Source of the DNA: Azolla caroliniana
Lineage: Eukaryota; Plantae; Polypodiophyta
Length of the DNA stretch: 9,008 bases
Direction of reading: 5' to 3'
NCBI GenBank assembly: GCA_043228905.1
Contig: JBHGNT010001401.1
Location: 1 to 9,008 of the forward strand
Position numbers and translations under genes: made by a program. This document shows positions 1-8,030 of the stretch, piece by piece (the stretch's first letter is position 1; each line of letters starts with the position of its first letter). The notes beneath the pieces were generated by a model, which saw only the letters and a program-made list of their open reading frames with translations, made no database searches and was not told the DNA's origin.

Positions 1-183
1 AGAAGGTTGATAGTTTAGTTATAATTACACTTGGAAAATATATGGCTAGATACATAAATTTGTATATTGCGCAGTATGTTGAGCAAACACTAGACCTTAG
101 GGAGTAGATACTTAAAAAAACATTGGAACATGGGTGGATAGAGTTTGGATATCTATTTACATAACAATTAAACCCTAGGTCTA

Positions 184-354
<171 letters not shown>

Positions 355-886
355 CTAATCAAATACAATGTACAGCATAAAATAAAATAAGAAAATTAAA
401 ATGAAAAAAGATGAAATCAAAAGCAGCGGCTCACTTCGTCACAGCAAAAACGGATTCTACTCATCAACCAAATTCTTATACATGAAGACATGGTACTTGC
501 TCACTTATCAACTCATCCTTATACATATAAGATAATAAATTCGCAACAATCAAGCCTAAGACTCGAATATCAAATCAAGATATGTTTGTGTGCACACAAA
601 CATACATGCATATGTATATTTTCTAACTCATCACCCTATACTCGCATATAAAGATACCTTTGCAATAACCAAACCAAAGGGAACTCGCTCATCAAATCAG
701 CCAATGCCTATATATATATGCATGTATATAACTTCCAATAACCTAAAGAAAAGTGACTATTTCATCAACACATATCCTTGCATGTATATCATGAACTATA
801 AAATAAAACAGATGGGACTCACTCATCTCACACACACAGATATGTATATTATCAATGAGTGTAAAATGAAACATAAGAAAGAGATT

Positions 887-1018
887 GACATATCAACCCA
901 ACCCAATGCTAGAATGTAGCTTGTAACAATCGAACACATCAAACAAATGCTGTTAACTCATAAAGTAACACATAGAAAACAACTTGGGTGGCCTAAAAGA
1001 GTAAACCAAAGAAAATAA
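887..1018 (-). repeat. Degenerate duplicate of the E2 exon 2 3' end and intron 2 start (source about 1346-1485)
   Basis: 921-960 matches 1381-1420 at 34/40 without gaps. TAACACATAGAAAA is identical (966-979 vs 1427-1440) and CTTGGGTGG is identical (983-991 vs 1448-1456). Confidence 0.88.
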
Positions 1019-1146
1019 CTCACTCACTGATATGTTTCAGTACATATATATATATATGAATGAACAGAAGGGACTCATTCATCTAAACAAGATGCACATA
1101 CATAGGTCTAGATGAATATATCATGGAATATAATCAAACAAAAGGT

Positions 1147-1256
1147 GGGTTCGGTTGTTATCCAATGGAAGTGGATAACGTCGTGAGACAGTTCCATTCC
1201 TATCTATCGTTAGTTAGCAGAGAAGTGGGAGAAGCCTACCCTAGTAGGAGAGGACT
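1147..1256 (+). pseudogene. rrn26: Decayed large-subunit rRNA fragment, probably mitochondrial 26S (rrn26) NUMT, within E2 intron 2
   Basis: GGGTTCGGTTGTT...AAGTGG...AACGTCGTGAGACAGTTC..TTCCTATCTA.CGTT...AGCC.ACCCTAGTAGGAGAGGACT follows, in order, the conserved 23S-like domain V/VI sequence, including the sarcin-ricin loop (AGTACGAGAGGAC with one mismatch). The mitochondrial assignment comes from recalled plant rrn26 sequence, not from a search. Confidence 0.82.
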
Positions 1257-1420
1257 CAAATCAATTCAAGATATTTTCTTAAAAAGGATCTAAAGGTAAC
1301 CACAAAAACCTGTTTTGGAGATACGAAACCAAAAGAAGCAACTCAGACATCATCAAACCGACCAGATGTTAAGATGGAACTTGCAACAATCGAAGGGATC
1401 AAACAAATGCTGCTAGCTCA

Positions 1421-1585
<165 letters not shown>

Positions 1586-1751
1586 TCAAAAATGCATTTG
1601 TTACAATCCATAACGAGTTGCATTAAGCATAAACACATACTCTGAGAAAATAGAGAACAGAAGATAACAAAACTGAGAGGAGAGATAGAGAGAGATAAAC
1701 GGCGCGAAGATCAGATCACATCTAACAATGAATCTGAAAGGTATTTAGATC

Positions 1752-1770
1752 ATATATATATATATATATA
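1752..1770. repeat. (AT)n microsatellite in E2 intron 1
   Basis: About 9 consecutive AT units; a shorter (AT)n run is also present near 1044-1057. Confidence 0.9.
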
Positions 1771-1783
1771 GTTTATAACACAA

Positions 1784-2017
1784 AAACCCTAAACTAGTAC
1801 AGAGAATCAACATGAGAAAAAAGTAGAAACAAGCAGAGTGTAGAAGAAAAATCTATCTCCTAAACACATATGACTCTTAATTATTTTTCGCAGAAAGAAA
1901 CAGTAACAAAAAGTTAACCTTACAACACATTTTTGAGCAGAAATATGCACAGAAGAAACAAACCCTAAAGACACTTGTATTTCTAACCAGAAATAAATTA
2001 AATGGAAGGAACCCTAG
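1784..2017 (+). promoter_or_regulatory. Telo-box-like motifs (AAACCCTA) in E2 intron 1
   Basis: AAACCCTAAA at 1784-1793 and 1960-1969, AACCCTAG at 2010-2017. Such motifs are common near the 5' ends of plant housekeeping genes; function is not shown here. Confidence 0.4.
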
Positions 2018-2052
2018 TTTATGTACGAAAAAGAAGAAGAAGAGAACCATAC

Positions 2053-2122
2053 CTGCACTGCAAGATGTGGGCGGGTCTTTCTGCAGATCCTTGAGCTCCT
2101 TGAGGATCCTTTTCGAAGCCAT
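2053..2122 (-). CDS. Ubiquitin-conjugating enzyme E2 (UBC8/9/10/28-like, Ubc4/5 family), coding exon 1
   Basis: ATG at 2122-2120 gives MASKRILKELKDLQKDPPTSCSA(G), the typical N-terminus of plant group VI E2s. The 70-bp exon ends at a G|GTATGG donor (GT = 2052-2051). Confidence 0.97.
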
Positions 2123-2278
2123 GGAGATGGAGAGAGAAAGAGAAAGAAAGAGGAAGCAGATACAGGGGCAGGGGCAGAGGAAAACACAGAGAAGAGAATA
2201 TATATATATATATATGTATATCTGATCTCTCTCTCTGTCTCTCCTCTCTCTTTCTCTCTGTATGTATGTATGTATGTT
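2123..2278 (-). promoter_or_regulatory. Putative core promoter and 5' UTR of the E2 gene: CT-rich Y-patch, (TA)n, GA/CT and (TATG)n microsatellites
   Basis: Pyrimidine-rich sense strand directly upstream of the ATG (2123-2197), a (TA)n run at about 2198-2221, a CT-rich tract on + at 2226-2259, and TATG repeats at about 2261-2277. Confidence 0.55.
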
Positions 2279-2372
2279 GTGTTATGCTCTGTTTTTATTT
2301 ACTATATAGTATTTGTATGTATGTGTGTGCCTTGTGTTATGCCATGTTTTTTATGTACTATATAGTATTTGT
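2260..2372. repeat. Two-copy tandem duplication of about 56 bp containing the palindrome TACTATATAGTA
   Basis: TGTTATGC..TGTTTTT...TACTATATAGTATTTGT occurs twice; the palindromes are at 2300-2311 and 2356-2367. Confidence 0.85.
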
Positions 2373-3897
2373 TGGCTCAAGCTCAAGGCTGAGTCCTGGC
2401 TATTGCAAGTTGCAACCCAATCCATGTGAATGTGAAACCAAAAAGTATGTGCCTTCTTCATCATCTTGGGTTGCATTTACTCATCTCTCGAGAGCTTCTC
2501 TGCATGAGTGGATTGGATTTGCATACAGACACCGAACTTACATGGCCACGTTCATACACTACGATAGGATGATGGCTCAGAGTTTCATCCCCGTGCACTA
2601 GACTTTTGAGCATGAGTGCGCACCTCCTCCCGTACACATGTTGGCACACCTCTTCATTCCCATATACGTACCCATCCTATTAGCACTACCACACTCTTCA
2701 CCAAGTACATTGCTTTGCTTTGCCAACAATCACGCATCAAAGGCTTGTTTGAGCTTCACAAGCTTAGGGAAGTGGCCCTTAACATTAGCATTTGAGTCAT
2801 GCATGAAATCAGAACATCATTGGATTCTTGCATGTACTTGCACCCGTACTAACAATGTGTCTACGAGTCGTCATTTAATGAGTGAAGGGAATGTCGCAAG
2901 TATCGAGCTACATCACAAAGATCGCAATGTTCAAGCGGCATAGAGTCATTAGATGCAATCCACGTACTTTGCAATTGCCTTGCTCCATCACATCTAACAT
3001 CATGGCCATGCACCCCACTCTTCCCATACATATTTATGATACAAGCCATGCTTGGAAAACCGTCAATAAAAATTTGTAAATCCTCACCCCATGCACACCT
3101 CATGTGACATTACAGGAGTTGCAAGTTGGAGAACAGGTGAAAGAAAATAATGATACTTATTATCATTATGGAGTAAGAGGAGATGGCCACTGGTGTGGAC
3201 TAACCATTATGGCCCACTACGTTCTACATTCACTAAAAGTACAAGATCTCTTATCTCATTCTTTTTCTCTTAGTGAGTTCATCATGGCTAGAGCCATTGT
3301 AATGTTTTCAGCCTAATCATTTCGTCATGTATGAAGAATTTCTAGTGATGAAGAATAATTTTTCAGAAAATAAAAAAACAAATTGTTATATGGGAGGTTA
3401 TAGCTTCCATTTTTTTCAAAATGGATAACCAATGTACCCTTATTTATGATCATGATTTATCCCATAGGTTGATTTCCGCCTCTAATAAATCCCTCTCTCT
3501 ACGTCGTTGCCTTTTCTCTTGTTCACGTTTGGCTAAAAAGAGTGTTCACATGATGGAGCTCAATAACCTTATGCATATTCTTTGGAGTGAACCTTAGGTA
3601 AACATTTTGAGATCAATTGGATGAGAATTTTAGTTATGTACCTTGCTACTTTCCAACTAGAGTCATATACACAATACTAATCATCGTGTTGGCAGTTCCT
3701 TCAATTCTACGTTTGATGCACATCCTTGCGACAAATCGATCTTGTTTTTATAAGGGGGTCCCCATTTTAATACTAGTTGGTGTCATAGGAACATCTTCTC
3801 CGGTTTCAGGGAATCATCCAATTTATGTTTGGGTATGCTTCCAACTCGATCTTTTCTCTATGTTGGACTTGTGTTACTTCAGGCATCGAAGTGTCAA

Positions 3898-4135
3898 CCT
3901 TCAAATCTAACATCTGTGCAAGCTGTTCACCTTGCATTTTGATTCAACCATACTATAGCATGTCCTTCAAATCTGACATCTGTGCAAGCTGTTCACCTTG
4001 CCTTTTGATTCAAACATACTATAGCATGTCCCTCAAGTCTGACATCTGTGCAAGCTGTTCACCTTGCATTTTGATTCAACCATATTATAGCATGTCCCTC
4101 AACTCTGACATCTGTGTAAGCTGTTCACCTGGCAT
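3898..4135. repeat. 66-bp tandem repeat (minisatellite), about 3.6 copies
   Basis: TCAAxTCTxACATCTGTGxAAGCTGTTCACCT... starts at 3901, 3967, 4033 and 4099 (period exactly 66), with few substitutions and no indels. Confidence 0.97.
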
Positions 4136-4601
4136 GTTCCCCATCAATGTGTTTTGCCAAGTCTGGGATACTTGAAGAAATTCATGCTTTTGATGGGTTC
4201 CCCTTTACAGGTAAAGCAAAGACAGCCCATCCCCATGGTGGTTTGGTTTTAATCACATTATGTTGGTCTTACTTACAGTCACTGTATGGTACTTTTCCGA
4301 CGGAAGTCCAAGAATTCTGCAAATTCATACAAGGAGATTAAATCATCAGCACATAAGAGCATCATATGTAGATGTCTTGCCAATGATGACATCATCATCC
4401 ATCATCCACATCCAACTCATCGCCTCGTGATTGGCAATACCAACAAGGTGCAAGACAACAAGTCTCCATGCAATGAAATCATACAGAAGACTGTAGACCG
4501 TTTGAGGGGCATAGTTTAATTGGTTATGGGTGATCTCCAAGAACTTGATGTACAGGGCTCAAATCCTAGTATTGCTGTAATGGCAATATATAATCATTCT
4601 T

Positions 4602-7600
4602 CTATACATATAATTCTAAATCTTCCATTCCAATAATTGCGTACAAATTTGACATCAGAATATGGCCGGTGATGTTATCTCTGTCAGCTTCGATTAGGTG
4701 ATCAAGAGATCGTCTCCCAAGCTCCAAATTCTTACAAATTGCACAAGAGCTCAACAAAGCAATCCAGAGGGCAGTGCTCGGTGGATATGGCATATTATCA
4801 ACAAATGCTTTTGCATCATTCAACCTATCTGCTCGCCTAAGCACATCAAATAAACAAACATAGTGCTCTATTGTTGGTACAAGACAAAACTGATTGATCA
4901 GCTTGAAATAATAACAACTTTCAGGTATTAAGCCAGAATGGCTACATGCAGTTAGCATGTTCACGAATGTGATATGATCTGGTTTTAGATTTTCTTCATA
5001 TATCATTCTTTCAAAGAAAGAATTTGCTAATTCATAATACCCATGCTCGGCATATCCCCCAATTTTTGCATTCCATGTAACTGCATCATGAACAGTCATC
5101 TTGTGGAACACCTCACTCGCCATCACTAAATCACCACAATTTGAAAACATACCAATCAAAGTATTTCCGATACTTGGACTACTGTCCAAATTCTTTGATA
5201 TGATATGCGTACATACTCGTATGCAATGGAAAAGACCTACGTTAGAGCATGCTTTAAGAATGCACATGTATGTGATTTCATTCCCACATATTCCTTCCTG
5301 TCCCATTCTATGGAATAAGGAGAGTGCTTCTTCACCTTGACCATTGTCCACATGACCTATAATGAGAGATGACCAAGTTACAACAGTTCTATATGGTTGT
5401 CGTTCAAATATTACACATGCATCATTTAGACTACCACATTTGGCATACATATCAATCAAAATGTTGCCAACACATTCATCGCAATCAAATCCTTGTTTTA
5501 TGGCATCCAAATGCATCATCATTCCTTTGCTTACGGCATTTTGGCTTGCACAACTTTTGAGAATACACACAAAGGCAACCTCATTTGGAACAACGCCATT
5601 ATGCTTCATTGCTTCATAACAATAAATAGCTTCATGGAGGTACCCGTATTCGGCCAAGCCAGATATCAATACAGACCATGATATGACGTTCTGAACAGGC
5701 AGCTGGTGAAATACATAAAAAGCATTTTCTAAACTATGACACTTCCCATACATGTCAATGAGAGCATTCCCTAGTACAGTGTTAAAGTGGAATCCCCTTT
5801 TTGTAATTCTATCATGAATGAGGTTCCCCCAATCTAGTGCATTTCCACTTGAGCTTGCTTTTAGCAAGCAGCCATAACTGATTTCATCCATGTCAATGCC
5901 TTTCTCTTCCATTTTATCAAAAAGTTGAAATACTTCCTGATCTTGCCCACTTTCTGCATATCCTGTCAACATGGCATTCCATATAGAGACATTTGGAGCC
6001 TGAAAGCCCTGGAACACTCTGCATGCGTCCTGAATATTTCCATGCTTAAAATATGAATCAATCAATGTACTTCCAATCATGAAATTAGAATCAAAGCCAT
6101 GGCTCACAACATCTAAATGTATCAATTTACTGAGATTTGAGCAATCCAGATGTGCACATGCTTTAAAAATGCATATGAAAGTGATTTTGTCTGGTTCAAT
6201 CCCACTCTGTAACATCAAATTGTAGAGCTCTAGAGCTTCCTTTCCAAAACCATGTTCTGCATTAGCTAAAATCATTGCAGACCATGAAATAACATCTCGT
6301 ATCGACAACCTATCAAAGACGGTTTGTGCTGCCTCCAGTGCTCCGCATTTTGCATACATATCAACCAAAGAGCTTCCAATACAGACATCTGAATCAAGGC
6401 CCCTCTTCACAATATCATCATGCACTAAATTGCTCTGATGCAGATTACCACCAAGTCCACATGCTTTTATAGTTGACACATATGTGATCCTGTCTGGTTG
6501 TTTTCCTTTTTGTTGCATTTCATTGAACAAAAGAAGAGCCTCTTCAGCGTGTGTGAGATCCACATATCCTGAAATCATAGAGTTCCATGACACGACATCT
6601 CTATCATGCAACTCATCGAAGATTCGACGTGCATCTACTAAGAAAGCACATTTCACGTACATATCAATCAATGTACTTCCAACAAAAGTGTCACCTTCAA
6701 AGCCTAATGCTAAAACCTTAGAGTGAATCAATTTCCCCCGCTCAATTGCCTGAATGCTTACACAAGCTTTCAGCAAACAAACAAAGGTCATTTTATTCGG
6801 TTTGATGCCAACTTGCTCCATTCTATCATACAATTGCAAGGCCTCCAAACCACAACCACAGTTAGCAAAGCCTCCAATCATTGCACACCATGACACCACA
6901 TCTTTTTGCTCAATATTTTGAAACACATCAAAAGCATCTTCCAAGCTACCACATTTTGCATACATGTCAACCACTGCACTACTTACATATAGATCTACTT
7001 CCAAACTTTCTTTAACGGCGTGGTCATGGACAATCTTCCCATTTTGTAAAGATGAGAGAGCAGAGCACGCTTTAAGAGCTGCAAGAATGGAGCGAAAATC
7101 TGGTCTGATTGAAGAATACATGACCATTTCATCATATAAAGATAATGTATGCTCAAATTTGTTGATTCGAGAATGAATGGAGATGATAGTACTCCAAGAA
7201 AACACATTCTTCTTTTCCAAACTACGAAATATCCACATTGCATCCGGCAAACTGCCACAAAAGGCAAAAGCTCTCATAAACAGGCAGGTTAGTTCACATG
7301 TTCCTTGCATATTTTCATTATTAGATAACGTATGGTTTTGCATCTTTTCATCCTCGTTTATAATCATACATTGTATTTCTTCGTGCCTATCAACCATCAC
7401 ACTATGCGTTTCTTCATGTTTATCAACCATCACATTTCCCGTTTTTTCATGCTTATTGAGCATCACACTTTGAATTTCTTCATGCTTATCAATCCTCACA
7501 CTTTCCATTTTTTCATGCTTATCCATCAACACTCCTTGCATTTTTTCATGCTTATCGACCACCATACTTTGCACTTCTTCTTGCTTATTTACAATCATTG

Positions 7601-8030
7601 ATTGGAATTTGTTATTCTTATCTACAGCCTTACTTGGAAAGTTTTCATCCTTAAGTATCATATGCTTAGATACCACCGTACTTTCCATTCTTTCATGTTC
7701 GTGTGGCGTTGAACTTTGCATTTTGCAATGGTTAAGTATCATGAAAGCGTGATAGGTTTCTCTAGCTACAGCCATGTCATTTTCTTCGATGCAAGCCTGG
7801 AGAATGGATGTTATGGAGAGCTCAGAGAGGAGGATACCTTGTTTGCAAGTTATGTCCATGGCTTGAAGCATGTGATGTATACGAAGGCTGCGGCTTCCAC
7901 TTCTTCCACTTCCTGCGTCATAACACATCTTCTCCAAACCTCGCAAGCGATTTATGCATGAATCAGGCACGGGCATGAATGAAGCGAATCTTCGAGAGGA
8001 TGAATTCCCGTGTTTACTGAGACATTTCAT
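4602..8030 (-). CDS. PLS-class PPR protein, E-subgroup (E1 plus truncated E2, no DYW); probable organellar RNA-editing specificity factor
   Basis: 1142-aa ORF parsed by eye as L-[insert]-S-(P-L-S)x7-P2-L2-S2-E1-partial E2. Motifs include VVSWNSMISGY, TFVCLLKAC, LIDMYAKCGSL, HITFVNMLTACSHSGL, IEHYVCLFDVL and TALWIALLSSC. The Ser/Arg-rich N-terminus is transit-peptide-like. The exact start codon is uncertain. Confidence 0.95.
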   Translation of the reverse strand: MKCLSKHGNSSSRRFASFMPVPDSCINRLRGLEKMCYDAGSGRSGSRSLRIHHMLQAMDITCKQGILLSELSITSILQACIEENDMAVARETYHAFMILNHCKMQSSTPHEHERMESTVVSKHMILKDENFPSKAVDKNNKFQSMIVNKQEEVQSMVVDKHEKMQGVLMDKHEKMESVRIDKHEEIQSVMLNKHEKTGNVMVDKHEETHSVMVDRHEEIQCMIINEDEKMQNHTLSNNENMQGTCELTCLFMRAFAFCGSLPDAMWIFRSLEKKNVFSWSTIISIHSRINKFEHTLSLYDEMVMYSSIRPDFRSILAALKACSALSSLQNGKIVHDHAVKESLEVDLYVSSAVVDMYAKCGSLEDAFDVFQNIEQKDVVSWCAMIGGFANCGCGLEALQLYDRMEQVGIKPNKMTFVCLLKACVSIQAIERGKLIHSKVLALGFEGDTFVGSTLIDMYVKCAFLVDARRIFDELHDRDVVSWNSMISGYVDLTHAEEALLLFNEMQQKGKQPDRITYVSTIKACGLGGNLHQSNLVHDDIVKRGLDSDVCIGSSLVDMYAKCGALEAAQTVFDRLSIRDVISWSAMILANAEHGFGKEALELYNLMLQSGIEPDKITFICIFKACAHLDCSNLSKLIHLDVVSHGFDSNFMIGSTLIDSYFKHGNIQDACRVFQGFQAPNVSIWNAMLTGYAESGQDQEVFQLFDKMEEKGIDMDEISYGCLLKASSSGNALDWGNLIHDRITKRGFHFNTVLGNALIDMYGKCHSLENAFYVFHQLPVQNVISWSVLISGLAEYGYLHEAIYCYEAMKHNGVVPNEVAFVCILKSCASQNAVSKGMMMHLDAIKQGFDCDECVGNILIDMYAKCGSLNDACVIFERQPYRTVVTWSSLIIGHVDNGQGEEALSLFHRMGQEGICGNEITYMCILKACSNVGLFHCIRVCTHIISKNLDSSPSIGNTLIGMFSNCGDLVMASEVFHKMTVHDAVTWNAKIGGYAEHGYYELANSFFERMIYEENLKPDHITFVNMLTACSHSGLIPESCYYFKLINQFCLVPTIEHYVCLFDVLRRADRLNDAKAFVDNMPYPPSTALWIALLSSCAICKNLELGRRSLDHLIEADRDNITGHILMSNLYAIIGMEDLELYV
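7308..7718 (-). repeat. Coding minisatellite, 33-bp/11-aa unit, inside the PPR ORF
   Basis: 7308-7604 is exactly 9 x 33 bp: QSMIVNKQEEV/QSMVVDKHEKM/QGVLMDKHEKM/ESVRIDKHEEI/QSVMLNKHEKT/GNVMVDKHEET/HSVMVDRHEEI/QCMIINEDEKM/QNHTLSNNENM. About 3 more degenerate units extend to 7718. Confidence 0.92.

Noticed and set aside
590-919. 109-aa + strand ORF
   Set aside because: Non-ATG start, AT-rich repetitive intron sequence antisense to the E2 gene, no protein motif.
1877-2122. 81-aa ORF treated as a complete protein
   Set aside because: Only the first 70 bp are coding; the rest is read-through into T-rich intron 1 past the GT donor at 2052.
2021-2601. ORFs 2021-2365 and 2266-2601
   Set aside because: They are largely translations of microsatellites (YIYIY, SLSLS, VCMCV) overlapping the E2 exon 1 and promoter.
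3929-3955. Common origin of the 66-bp repeat and the 33-bp PPR repeat (66 = 2 x 33; both contain CCTTGCATTTT and ACCATACT)
   Set aside because: The shared words are short and differently spaced, and the 66-bp unit has no clear internal 33-bp period; chance is the simpler explanation.
3898-4135. CRISPR-like array (about 30-bp conserved block with 66-bp period)
   Set aside because: The intervening segments are also near-identical, so there are no unique spacers. The context is eukaryotic and has no cas genes.
5101-7961. Many short + strand ORFs and the 6995-7267 alternative-frame ORF
   Set aside because: They are shadows of the long PPR coding sequence and show no recognisable domains.
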